Notes: generated by a model not told the origin, from the sequence alone. 64,000 nucleotides of DNA from Octopus vulgaris (GCA_951406725.2 OX597823.1:29636001-29700000); one strand, 5' to 3'; counted from the first letter of the stretch, positions 1-11,827 are shown. Translations and numbers: made by a program.

Positions 1-140
1 AACCGATGCTGGTGTGTTTACGTCCCCGTCACTTAGCGGTTCGGCAAAAAGAGACCGATAGAATAAGTACTAAAGGTGGTGCTCCAGCATGGCCGCAGTC
101 AAATGACTGAAACAAGTAAAAGAGTAAAAGAGTAAAGAGT
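1..140 (+). mobile_element. SINE family A, 3' tail fragment
   Basis: Matches the tail of the fuller copy at 17372-17778 (gtccccgt...cggttcggcaaaa...gctccagcatggccgcagtcaaatgactgaaacaagtaaaagag) and ends in agagtaaa repeats. Confidence 0.85.
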
Positions 141-195
141 ATATATATTCAAGCGCGTGGGTTTGTTTACACACATATATTTTTTTCGTTTATTC

Positions 196-356
196 CTTTA
201 CTTGTTTCAGTCATTTGGCTGCGACCATGCTGGAGCACCGCCTTTAGTTGAACAAATCGACCCCAAGACATATTCTTTGTAAGCTTTAGTACTTATTCTA
301 TCGGTGTCTTTTGCCGAACCGTTTGTCAATGTATTTTGGGGGACAAACACAGACAC
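196..356 (-). mobile_element. SINE family A, 3' tail fragment
   Basis: Reverse complement of the tail at 1-140. Confidence 0.8.
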
Positions 357-509
357 ATAAGCATATGCAGGCAAGCATACATACATACATACATACATAC
401 ATACATACATACATACATACATACATACATACATACATAATATAAATAATATATAAATATATGTATATATACATACATATATGTAGATACCTACATATAT
501 ATGAATATA

Positions 510-915
510 TACCGCCAACTTTGCCCAAACGACCTGAACATTAGCTTCAAGGTTCATCCAAGACTGGGACCACGGGCCATACGTCCCCTGCCCAATTCGA
601 GATCACAGCATACATGTACTCTGCAACATAATTTCTTTTCCTCAACAGGCCCTGCTCTATTTAACATTGTCCCGAAAGAGATCAAAGAGGAAAAGGATCC
701 CATCAACTTTAAACGGAGTCCGGATAGATTCCTTCAAGGAATACCAGATAAGCCACCCATAATTGGATACAACTCACCCAACAAAAACTCACTACTTGAA
801 TGGACCATAAACAAAACTTGACTTAAACAGGATTTAGATAATCCTATCAGGTGGTGCTATTACGTTAGACATGGCCTGGACCAATCTTTGGTCGAAACAT
901 ATCTAAGGTTTAAGT
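510..915 (+). mobile_element. CR1-like LINE, 3' end (ORF2 C-terminus plus 3' UTR)
   Basis: ORF 501-821 (CPNDLNISFKVHPRLGPRAIRP...GPALFNIVP...PDKPP..GY...LLEW) aligns with the C-terminus of the RT ORF at 40630-41592. The 3' UTR caggtggtgctatta.gttagacatggcctgg is shared. Confidence 0.85.
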
Positions 916-1029
916 TTTTATGGCTGTATCTATGTCAATATATGTACGAATGTATGTATATGTGTGTGTAAGTGCGCGCGCGCATCCGTGTGTTTTGCGC
1001 ATGAGCTTCATGTGTACGTGGGTGTATGC

Positions 1030-1068
<39 letters not shown>

Positions 1069-1894
1069 TGTGTGTGCGCGCGTTTGAATGCGAACAGCTA
1101 GGTCAATGCAACTTTAGTGTGTGGGTGTGTGTATATATATATATCGGTGTATGAAAGACAGTGCTGAATCTTTCAATGTTTGGCAGAGTGACTTGCCTTT
1201 AGTTATCACAAATATGATTTATCACCTGACTGCGTGTGTGGGTGGATGTATTATGTGTGAGTGCGCCTCTGTGTGTGTGTGTGTGCGTGCGTGTGTTTAT
1301 GTGTATTAATACCGGGTCACTCAGTGCACATACAAACGTCGTTATGATGATGATGATGATCAGTAGCAGCAGGAGCAGCAGGAGCAGCAGGAGCAGCAGG
1401 AGCAGCAGCTACAAAGTAGCTTCCTTGCCAGGAGACATATCATTGTTGTAGCCAAGTAAATAGCAAATATGTGGACACTTGACATGCAAAAGGTAGCAGC
1501 AAAATCTCCCCCAATTCACATCCTAAAGTCTTAAAAAAAAAGTAACGTCAAATATCGTGTGCTTGGGTTCCGTATATATAAAAAAAAATCTGGATGATCA
1601 TGGCTGGAATGTCTGTTCGTTAAGGGCTAACGTGTGGACAAACAACAACAGTAAACTTCTAGTAGTAATCATTTCCCTCTCAAGCAATACCCGACCTTTT
1701 TTTAAAGGAAGGACATAGTTTAAATATTCGTATTGGATATACACTGAGTAACAATAAGGTAAGATGGCCAAAGGTGGAATGCTTTGACCATAGTTGTAGT
1801 GGCTGAAGGTCATCTTGAGGTTAAACAAGAGCTCGAGATTGTTAAAACTCAAGTTACCTTCTCGAGTCATGCTGACTTATGGTGTATGATTCCC

Positions 1895-2075
1895 CCACCT
1901 GGATGGGGCGCTACACCCTCGCAGGATAACTCATTTTTGCCAGGTGAGTGAACTGGAACAAAGTGAAATGAAGTGTTTTGCTCAAGAACACAGCGCGTCG
2001 CACAGTCTAGGAATCGAAACCACAATCTTGCGATCATGAGATAAAACACACAAACCACTAAGCCACGCACCTCCA
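1895..2075 (-). mobile_element. tRNA-derived SINE
   Basis: Minus strand has A box (gtggcttagtggtt), B box (ggtttcgattcc) and the core tgttcttgagcaaaacac. Confidence 0.65.
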
Positions 2076-2452
2076 CCATGATGCTATAGCCTAATTCATT
2101 TACTATGTAATCGTAGAAAGGATTGTCCAAACAGTTAAGGGGCACACTGAAGCCTGAAATTAACTAAGCCAGTCTTTCTTAACCTTGTTATCCTTGCGTA
2201 ACCCTTAAAATAAATTACATGTCTCAAGGAACCCCTGCACAAAATAAATTATACACCATTGCTTTCTCATCTACTTTTCATTTACCACGTAGTTCACGTG
2301 GTAAATATCATGTAATATCATATAATGTTTATAGAGTGTTAAACACTTTCGGTATGCAAATTAGGGACCCCTTCACAGAGTAACTGCTGCATTTGTTGAG
2401 TATATAAACAGTTTGGTTGCTTGTTTCTCTAGAGAATGTTACAATAACGTAG

Positions 2453-2500
2453 ACACATCTGATGAGAATCCAAAAGATTTCGAAAACCGGTTAAGGTTAT
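2453..2500 (+). ncRNA. Degenerate type I hammerhead ribozyme
   Basis: CUGAUGA (2459-2465), stem II GAAUC-caaaa-GAUUUC, GAAA, palindromic ACCGGU, then UA. Stem I pairing is poor. Confidence 0.5.
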
Positions 2501-2630
2501 TCATCATTTTTTTCAGTCAGCGGAGAAAAGGCTAAAATTTGTGTCCTGTTTTTAACTATACCATATGTTATATATATGTATGTATTATTTTCCAGTAAAA
2601 TAAAGGTAGAAGTATAAATATAAATACAGA

Positions 2631-2790
2631 TTAGTGGTACAACAAGGCATCAATATTTACTGGAAATTTTTTTATGTTTGTTGCACTCACACGTCTTTGC
2701 CAGTATATACGTAGTGAGGCCTTACTATAACGTCGTAAATGTATCCAACTGCTATTTCCAGTAAATATTGGTGTCTTGTTGTACCACTAA
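2631..2790. repeat. Inverted repeat, arms of about 36 bp
   Basis: ttagtggtacaacaaggcatcaatatttactggaaat (from 2631) versus atttccagtaaatattggtgtcttgttgtaccactaa (to 2790), next to (TA)n. Confidence 0.7.
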
Positions 2791-2793
2791 ACA

Positions 2794-2866
<73 letters not shown>

Positions 2867-2880
2867 TAGATAGATAGATA

Positions 2881-3460
2881 GATAAAACTTACTTCGAAAA
2901 GGATGCGTGGCGTTCGATCATATAATAATATAAATAATATATAAATATATCCATATATACACATAGATATATGTACATACCTGCATATATATGTATATAT
3001 ATACATGCATATATAGGTACAGAACATTAAAAAAAAAACGTTGAACACAATGAGAAATGAAAACATAAAAACAAAAACATAGAAAACGAACTTTCTTTTC
3101 GAACAACGAAAAAACAGAGAAACGAGACATACAACATAAAGAATATTTCCCTTCATCAGTTGTCCCTGTTTCACCTACTCTGCGTTCGAAGGCAAAGGCA
3201 ATACCCGACTTCATTGAAACAATCCTTCCCGCAAAGCAAATTAAATAAAATTTGGGATTTTTTGCGGAAGATGGTAAGAAGAACAGAACAGTGAGAACAA
3301 GACAGTAAAAACAAACGGTGACCAAGACGATAGAATGCTAAGAGGACGAGCTATGACAGGAGACAGGTATAAGCACGTTTTGTCTTTAGGAAGGAAATGG
3401 ACAGAAAGATAGATTCCCTTTCTTCATGTGTCAGCGACGAGAGAGTCAAGGTGGAAGAGT

Positions 3461-3491
<31 letters not shown>

Positions 3492-3946
3492 GGAACGGTG
3501 AAGAGGAGAGGAACAGAATAGGGAAGGGTGGGAGAGAAAACCAGAAAAGATGAAGAGCAAGAGAGGGGGAGAGATAGACAGAGAAGAGATAATAGAGATA
3601 GAAGAGTGCGCATCGTAATTATTAAGATAAAACTTACTTGGAAAAGGATGCGTGGCGTTCGATCATATAATGATATAAATAATATATGAATATATGCATA
3701 TATACATACATATATGTACATACCTGCATATATATGTATATATACATGCATATATGGGTATAGGACATCAAAGAAAAAAACGTTGAACACAATGAGAAAT
3801 GAAAACATAAAAACAAAAACATAGAAAACGAACATTTTTTTTTTCGAACAACGAAAAAAACAACAACAAACAAACAGGGAAACGAGCCATGCAGCTTAAA
3901 GAGTATACCCCTTCTTCAGTTGTCTCTATTTCATCTACTCCGTTTC
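2881..3946 (-). mobile_element. Penelope pLTR/retrozyme-like family R, tandem pair (period about 745 bp)
   Basis: gataaaacttact...ggatgcgtggcgttcgatcat starts at 2881 and again at 3626. Both units carry CUGANGA on the minus strand (CUGAUGA 3153-3159, CUGAAGA 3913-3919). Confidence 0.7.
3149..3207 (-). ncRNA. Rearranged (non-circularly permuted) hammerhead candidate, decayed copy
   Basis: Minus strand reads CGGG-UA-UUGCCUUU / GCCUUC-GAA-CGCA / linker / AGGGACAA-CUGAUGA-AGGG. One A of GAAA is missing. Confidence 0.65.
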
Positions 3947-3990
3947 ATTTACTTTCATTTTTGTATTTGGTCTCTAGAGTTATCTTTAAA

Positions 3991-4376
3991 CTAGCAGTAT
4001 CACCCGGCGTTGCTCGGATTTGTAAGGGAAATAACTATAAAGCATTTTTAGAGAGTTATAGCCAAAAAATAGCAAATAAATGAAAAAAAAATCCTGGTAA
4101 ATTTTTTTTTGAGAGTTAAAAAAGGTCGAGTTGCGTCCCCTAGACAGTCTGTGGTTTGTGTTTCTGATTCTCGACCCCATGTCGAATTTATCGATTTTTT
4201 TCAGAACTGGGGGAACTTTTCAAAATTTTCGCTGCGTTAGTTTTGAATTATGACATTGGGCTATGTGTGTGTCAAGTTTCATCAGAATCGGTTGAAAGCC
4301 GTGGTCAGGGTGAGGGTACAACCAAACAGACACACAGAAACACACACAGACAAACTGCCGTTTATATATAGAGAGA
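3991..4376 (-). mobile_element. Non-autonomous Helitron
   Basis: Minus strand starts A|TC and ends CTAG|T, with a subterminal hairpin ccgagcaacgccggg. There is no TSD. A related copy lies at 57796. Confidence 0.75.
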
Positions 4377-4733
4377 TAATCAGTAACATTTGTCATTGAA
4401 CTAGCTTATCGATTTTAGTATATTGGAAGGGAAATTCAAAAGTTTTGAGAGAGATGAGTAATAGAAGGACATCGCACACGAAATATGTGCCTGGGGTCAG
4501 CATGCAAACGAACTGAATGGTTGAAGGAACGAACTAACACTTGCGCTCATGTTATCAATCAATGCGCAATGCGATAGATGTAATTTTAAAGAAACCATTT
4601 CAAATGCTTAATTAATAATTATCTTTTCTTTCTTCTTATTTTTTCCAATCGACTTCTTGGTTTTCAGTTTTTAGGATTTTAAAATTTCATTAAAGTAGAA
4701 AATTGTCTGCAGAGTATTGCCGTTCTTACCTAC

Positions 4734-4736
<3 letters not shown>

Positions 4737-4805
<69 letters not shown>

Positions 4806-5290
4806 ACATACACACAAACACACACACATGCACACACATACATGCATACATACAAGCATACATACATACACACATACACACATGCATGAATACATATGTA
4901 CGCACACACACACATGCATGCAAATACTTACATTCATAATTCATACACTCATACATACATACATACATACATGCATACATACATACATACACACATACAT
5001 ACATGCATGCATACATACATACAAATACATACATGCATGCATACATACATACATACATACATACATACATGCATGCATACATACAAATACATACATGCAT
5101 ACATACATGCATGCATACATACATGCATTCATGCATTCAAATACATACATATATAATTCATACACAAACATATATACATATATACATATACATACATGTA
5201 TGCATACTTACATACATGCATCCATGCAAATACATACATACATACATACATACATACATACATACATACATACATACATACATACATACA
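4737..5290. repeat. Compound (CA)n/(TACA)n/(TGCA)n microsatellite
   Basis: Directly visible. It explains the His/Thr/Ile/Tyr-rich ORFs. Confidence 0.95.
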
Positions 5291-5293
5291 TTG

Positions 5294-5682
5294 AGGGGCC
5301 GCAATGGCCCAGTGGTTAGGGCAGCGGACTCGCGGTCGTAGGATCGCAGTTTCGATTCCCAGACCGGGCGTTGTGAGTGTTTATTGAGCGAAAACACCTA
5401 AAGCTCCACGAAGCTCCGGCAGGGATGGTGGTGATCCTTGCTGTACTCTTTCACCACAACTTTCTCTCATTCTTACTTCCTGTTTCTGTTGAACCTGTAT
5501 TTCAAAGGGCCGGCCTTGTCACTCTCTGTGTCACGCTGAATATCCCCGAGAACTACGTTAAGGGTACATGTGTCTGTGGAGTGCTCAGCCACTTGCACGT
5601 TAATTTCACGAGCAGGCTGTTCCGTTGATTCGGATCAACCGGAACCCTCATCGTCGTAACCGACGGAGTGCTTCCACTCAAC
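5294..5682 (+). mobile_element. tRNA-derived SINE family C, near full length
   Basis: Head ggccgcaatggcccagtggttagg...gtttcgattccc. The tail ttgcacgttaatttcacgagcaggc...ccgacggagtgc is shared with 18035-18360. Confidence 0.85.
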
Positions 5683-5953
5683 ATACATACATACATGCAT
5701 ACATGCATGCATGCATGCATGCATGCATGCATGCATACATACATACATACATACATACATACATACATACGTACATACATACATACATACATACATACGT
5801 ACGTACGTACGTACGTACGGAAGGCACATGCCCCCATTAATACGTGCACCCCAGAATCTTATAGTGTAGCATGTTGTCATAGAAACAGTGCCATACAAAA
5901 ACCCACAACAATGGTGTATTTCTGATCCTTGTTCATATGTGACTTAATATATT

Positions 5954-6185
5954 TATTTCTTTATTGCCCACATGGGGCTAAACATAGAGGGGTCAAACAA
6001 GGACAGACAAACGGATTAAGTCGATTATATCGATCCCAGTGCGTAACTGGTACTTGTTTAATCGACCCAGAAAGGATGAAAGGCAAATTTGACCTCGGCG
6101 GAATTTGAACTCAGAACGTAAAGCTAGACGAAATAGCGATAAGCATTTCGCCCGGCGCGCTAACGTTTCTGCCACTTCGCCGCCT
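5954..6185 (-). mobile_element. SINE family B
   Basis: Reverse complement of ggcggcg...tggcagaaacgttagc...ttctgagttcaaattccgccgaggtc; other copies at 7680, 14203, 57540 and 62590. Confidence 0.85.
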
Positions 6186-6264
6186 AAATATATTTCATCG
6201 ATCTTGATTGTTTACGTTCGAAAGTTCAATCATTGGTCTTCGGTGATTGAACGTAATGTTTAAC

Positions 6265-6960
6265 GACGTGTGGCTATGTGGTAAGAAACTTGCTTCCCAG
6301 CCACGGTTCCGGGTTCAATCTCATTTGAAGAGGAAGTGTATTTTACAATAGCCCTGGGACGATTAAAGCTTTGTAAGTAGATGGAGCTGACGGAAACTGA
6401 AAGAAGCCCGTCGTATCTACCTATATAAGTATTTGTATTTGTCTTTGTTTTTGCCTTCGTTCCTCCGCGCACCGCTTGATAACCAATGTTGGTCAGTTAC
6501 GTCCCTGTAAATTAGCGGTTCGGCAAGAAAGATCGATAAAACAAGTACCAAGTTTGGAAGCTATTTGTTCGACTAAAACTTTCAATGAGGTACCCCCATG
6601 GCTCTTGTCCAATGAACGAAACAAACAAAAGCCAAAGAATGAATGTTTTAAGAATTATATTCTAACCTGAATTGTCTTTTCTCCTTTTTAGGGGCTATTT
6701 TTCTTTTTAGGCTATTTTTGAGCCATTTGGTGGGGAGGGGCTATTTTTTGGTGGTGGTGGTGGTGGTGGGGGCGATATTTTTGGCTATTTGGGGTTCGTG
6801 GTGCTATTTTTCTTTTTGGGGGCTACTTGTTTGACTAAAACCTTCAGGGTGGTACCCCTATGGCTCCCATCCAATGCACGAAACAAACAAAAGCCAGAGA
6901 ATGAATGTTTTAAGAATCCTATTCTAACTTCACTCGTCTTTTTCTTTCTTTTTTCCTTTT
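6265..6960 (+). mobile_element. SINE family A, diverged, with a duplicated tail segment
   Basis: Head gtggctatgtggtaagaaacttgcttccc. The block ttgactaaaa...tggct...ccaatg.acgaaacaaacaaaagcca..gaatgaatgttttaagaat occurs twice (about 6565 and 6828). Confidence 0.65.
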
Positions 6961-7680
6961 TTTTTTTTGAGTGGTCGGGTGGGGGGCGAAAGAAATCGAG
7001 TGCAATGAAAAAATGGTAAACAACCACCCGGACAAAAAACGTCTTCAACTGTGTCAAGGTAGGAAAATAATAATTAAAACATTTAGAACTCTGTAACACA
7101 AATGAGGAGTGGTTGAGTGGTTGTATTTCAATAAACGCTATTTAGATTCCCATGTTTATTATATTTTTATATCTGGTGAAAATGTGTGGGTAGAATCCGG
7201 ATATTGAGATTTAAATAATTTACACAATGCATTCGGTAACATGAGAAACCTGCTGTTCATTTTCGCATCGTCATAAAATTTTTGTTGACAGTTTACTATA
7301 AAGTTAAATGCCTTCTGTCTAGCCCAAGTGTTTATTTACAATACGTACCCCGTTTCTATGTTATTATTTCGTTTCGTTTCTGGCTTTCTTCCCGATAGAC
7401 AAAAAAGCCTGCTTCTAACCTAGATCCATGACTCCTTCTCTGGAATTTTAAACGACATCAACAGGGTTATATTTGTGTGTTTTATGTATGTGTTCTCATT
7501 AATGTAGCAGCATGTCTAGACGTGCATATGTACCTAAATGCTAAGCATTTGGAAAGTTTTGTATATTTTGATAGTTCCGTCGATGGCTTATATACTGTAC
7601 GTATGCATGCAGGTATAACCCAATGACGTATGGATACCTCTACATCATGACTTCATTTGTCATTCTATCAACTGAAAGAA

Positions 7681-8072
7681 GGCGGCAGAATCGTTAGCAC
7701 GTCGGGCGAAATGCCTAGCCGTATTTCGTCTGCCGATACATTCTGAGTTCAAATTCCGCCGAGGTCGACTTTGCCTTTAATCTTTTCGGGGTCGATAAAT
7801 TAAGTACCAGTTACGCCCTGGGGGTCGATGTAATCGACTTAATACCTATGTCTGTCCTTGTTTGTCCTCCCTGTGTTTAGCCCCTTGTGGGTAGTAAAGA
7901 AATAGGTATTTCGTCTGTCTTTATGTTCTGAGTTCAAATTCCACCGAGGTCGACTTTGCCTTTCACCCCTTTCGGGGTCGATAAATTAAGTACCAATTGC
8001 ATACTGGACTCGATCTAATCGACTGGCCCCCCTCCCCCAAAATGTCGGGCCTTGTGCCCAGAGTAGAAAAGA
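7681..8072 (+). mobile_element. SINE family B, dimeric
   Basis: Two ttctgagttcaaattcc.ccgaggtcgactttgcc units (7741 and 7926). Confidence 0.85.
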
Positions 8073-8329
8073 TTCTATCAACTGAAAGTGTTATGGCGAT
8101 AGAAGAGAAGCGGCGTTTTCAAACCTAACCAGTAGGAAGCACACAGTTACAAATAAGCAGGGAGACGGCACGAGCTTATCTTAATATTGTCGTTGTGCTT
8201 TCCCATGATAGGGATCAACTTTAGTGGAAATTCTTGTGACTAAGTACTCCTTTTTTAGGGAGAACACTTTTCACCCAAATTATTGGAAATGCGGAAGCAC
8301 AAAGAGAGCAATCATCTGTGAAGATGGAG

Positions 8330-8540
8330 CAATTATGTATGCATACGTACCTATGCAATACATAAAGACATGACTCAGTGGTTAGGGTATTCGGATCACA
8401 ATGAGAAATGAAAACATAAAAACAAAAACATCGAAAACGGACTTTTTTCGAACAACGAAAAAAAACCAAACAAACAGAGAAACGTGGCATGCAACATAAA
8501 GAATATTCCCCTTCATCAATTGTCCCTGTTTCATATATAC
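8330..8540 (-). mobile_element. Family R fragment
   Basis: cacaatgagaaatgaaaacataaaaacaaaaacat...gaatattccccttcatcaattgtccctgtttc matches 3046-3172. The core is mutated to UUGAUGA and the copy is truncated before the other HHR strands. Confidence 0.75.
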
Positions 8541-8877
8541 TGATCCCTTTCTGAGGCTGTTTTACACCAACGGAAGAAGCGGTCATTCCTTGAGAGTCGA
8601 AATCACTTTGCTATGCTTTAGGCAGCTGAAGAAGGTAATTCCAGTAATTTCACTGTTTATTGATATTTGCCAGCATATTTTATTTTCAGTTGTTTTTTGT
8701 TTTTTTTCTATTGTTCTGTTCAGCTTCGCAGTGATTATATCGGATCTTAGGTTATTACTGAGACGGATTCTAAGCGGGGTTTGTTATAGGATTAAAAAGT
8801 ACTTTATTTATACTGTCTGTAAACAATTGCACGGTCACATTGAATTAGCACCTGCAAGTATATTAACGCCTGTATAT

Positions 8878-8915
<38 letters not shown>

Positions 8916-9141
8916 GAAATATTAAAATAACTAAGTCTCTCTAAAAGAGAACAGCGGCAGCGTTCCCGGAAAATAATAGTTATCGCCATACTAATATGGC
9001 ATTCTTATAAAAATAAGAAAAAAGCTGTCCGCTTATTAGCTCCATGAGGCCATCGCCTTAAGCTAGCTATTTGATACACAAACTGTATCCATATAACCTT
9101 CGAACTAGGGAGGTCAGTCGCTCCACACTACTTGACCGGCA

Positions 9142-9183
9142 GCTACAGACGCGTTTCGGGGTATTGCCCCTTTTCAATGCAGC
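9142..9183 (-). ncRNA. Type I hammerhead ribozyme, U3-A8 core variant
   Basis: GCUGCA-UUGAAAA-GGGG caaua CCCC-GAAA-CGCG-UC-UGUAGC: 6-bp stem I, 4-bp stem II, palindromic stem III, GUC site. Confidence 0.85.
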
Positions 9184-9691
9184 GTAGCCAGCCAGTAGGT
9201 GTCGCTTCCGACAATCTCTGTTCGATGGTTTTATTTACCTAGTTTCGGTGGAATACATCCACTTGTTTTCAATAATAGAAATATTAAAATAACTAAGTCT
9301 CTCTAAAAGAGAACAGCGGCAGCGTTCCCGGAAAATAATAGTTATCGCCATACTAATATGGCATTCTTATAAAAATAAGAAAAAAGCTGTCCGCTTATTA
9401 GCTCCTTGTTCGAAGGTTATATGGATACAGTTTGTGTATCAAATAGCTAACTTAAGGCGATGGCCTCATGGAGCTAATAAGCGGACAGCTTTTTTCTTAT
9501 TTTTATAAGAATGCCATATTAGTATGGCGATAACTATTATTTTCCGGGAACGCTGCCGCTGTTCTCTTTTAGAGAGACTTAGTTATTTTAATATTTCTAT
9601 TATTGAAAACAAGTGGATGTATTCCACCGAAACTAGGTAAATAAAACCATCGAACAGAGATTGTCGGAAGCGACACCTACTGGCTGGCTAC

Positions 9692-9732
9692 GCTGCATTG
9701 AAAAGGGCAATACCCCGAAACGCGTCTGTAGC
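9692..9732 (+). ncRNA. Type I hammerhead ribozyme, U3-A8 core variant
   Basis: Same as 9142-9183, with one G fewer in stem II. Confidence 0.85.
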
Positions 9733-9898
9733 TGCCGGTCAAGTAGTGTGGAGCGACTGACCTCCCTTGTTCGAAGGTTATATGGATACAGTTTGTGTAT
9801 CAAATAGCTAACTTAAGGCGATGGCCTCATGGAGCTAATAAGCGGACAGCTTTTTTCTTATTTTTATAAGAATGCCATATTAGTATGGCGATAACTAT

Positions 9899-9935
<37 letters not shown>

Positions 9936-9937
<2 letters not shown>

Positions 9938-10963
9938 ACAATAGTATTAAGGAATGACCCTGACAGGTCGTTCAACTCACTTGAAAAGAGCAGCTAAACT
10001 CAAACCGCAAAAATAGTAGTAATTCTGAAACTAAAGGAGAAATAAAAACATTTATCCCCTTCAACTTTGTACCCTGCAAGGTTTCAACATTTTTATGTAA
10101 TCGAATTTAATTAAATTAAATTAAATCCGTTTACGATTGGCTTGTCTCATCAGCAAAGTCGCCAAAGAAAAGGAGAACATATACACACGAGGCAGCACCA
10201 CCGAAGCCTCGAGTTTATATATCCTAAATTTTCGAAATCCAGGGGATAAATGATTTTATTTCTCCTTTAGTTTCAGAATTACTACTATTTTTGCGGTTTG
10301 AGTTTAGCTGCTCTTTTCAAGTGAGTTGAACGACCTGTCAGGGTCATTCCTTAATACTATTGTTGAATATATTATATAGTCTGTGACTATTTCTATTTTC
10401 TCACTTGACCGCTGGTTGCAGAAAATGTTTCTTGAATTTTTCTTGAATTTCTTTGCTACCCTATATTGATTAATTAATGATTTTTTGACTAATTCTGAAA
10501 TTGTATCAGCAGTTTATATTTGCTGCTGAGTAGTTGGCGCGGTTACGGTGGATTTCGAAAATTTAGGATATATAAACTCGAGGCTTCGGTGGTGCTGCCT
10601 CGTGTGTATATGTTCTCCTTTTCTTTGGCGACTTTGCTTTTCTTTGGCGACAAGCCAATCGTAAACGGATTTAATTTAATTTAATTAAATTCGATTACGT
10701 AAAAATGTTGAAACCTTGCAGGGTACAAAGTTGAAGGGGATAAATGTTTTTATTTCTCCTTTAGTTTCAGAATTACTACTATTTTTGCGGTTTGAGTTTA
10801 GCTGCTCTTTTCAAGTGAGTATAACGACCTGTCAGGGTCATTCCTTAATACTATTGTTGAATATATTATATAGTCTGTGACTATTTCTATTTTCTCACTT
10901 GACCGCTGGTTCCAGAAAATTTTTCTTGAATTTTTCTTGAATTTTTTTGCTACCCTATATTGA

Positions 10964-10970
<7 letters not shown>
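9936..10970. mobile_element. HHR-bearing retrozyme/pLTR-like element; partial minus arm plus about 1.5 plus-strand monomers (period 494)
   Basis: aggggataaatg repeats at 10241 and 10735. 9936-10241 is the reverse complement of part of the monomer. (TA)n lies on both sides. Confidence 0.9.
10063..10160 (-). ncRNA. Type I hammerhead ribozyme with long stem II insert
   Basis: GACUUUG-CUGAUGA-GACA [about 53 nt, including AAUCG/CGAUU] UGUU-GAAA-CCU ugca GGG-UA-CAAAGUU. Confidence 0.85.
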
Positions 10971-11042
<72 letters not shown>

Positions 11043-11827
11043 TATATATATATATATATATATATTATGTATGTATATATATTATGTATGTATTATGTAT
11101 GTATGTATATATGTATGTATGTATTGTATGTCTGTATGTATGTATGTATGTATGTAATTATGACTGTATCTATATCTGTGTATACTTTACCATTTTATAT
11201 CTGCTATACTGGAAATTTCTCTAGTAACAGAACGAGTGTCTTTAAGAAACAAAATTCATTCAACAAAACAAAGTGGATCTACGCTGGCTTGTGATAAGAG
11301 GAGTTGTACGGTGTGTGTGTGTGTGTGTGTGTGTGATGGAGGTGGCGGTAATGATTTTATCGGTTATCAATAATTTTTCCCTACAGGAAGACATCTGTCA
11401 TTAATATTCTTTCCTATTAATTTTAAATAAATGTTTACATTTGCAATCAAACTTGTTTTCCACCAATCTAAGCAGGTTTTACGCACATATATAGAGTAAT
11501 TGGTTGCTGGAAGGACAAATGCGTTTTGTTCATTTTTTATAATTGACATCGACATTTCTCAAGTTTCTTAGACTGTTCAAGTGGATGAGGTCGTTAACTG
11601 ATGTGGTTTTTCCCAGATATTAACCTATATACTGTTATTGTATTCGCCTCAAATAGGTGATATTGTGTGAAGAGAGAGAGAGCAATATATTTCAAAAAAT
11701 TATAGCTTGTATTGAGGTAGAGAGCATTTAACATTGCTATGATTATCATCTGTTAGAAGTGAAACCGGTTTATAACAATGTATTTTGAAATAAGTTAATT
11801 ATAATACGTGATTTGTGTGGGATATTT

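Larger units (their letters stand above)
8910..9902. mobile_element. HHR-bearing retrozyme/pLTR-like element; two greater-than-unit (about 1.4x) copies of a 361-362 nt monomer, back to back
   Basis: taatagaaatattaaaataac repeats at 8911 and 9273 (period 362). ttgttcgaaggttat repeats at 9406 and 9767 (period 361). The right arm is the reverse complement of the left. (TA)n lies on both sides. Confidence 0.9.

Noticed and set aside
4703-5341. Many overlapping HT/YI/CV-rich ORFs, here and throughout the window
   Set aside because: Stop-free frames of CA, TA and TACA microsatellites.
5294-5370. tRNA-like sequences at SINE heads
   Set aside because: A and B boxes are present but run into SINE bodies, with no full cloverleaf; not tRNA genes.
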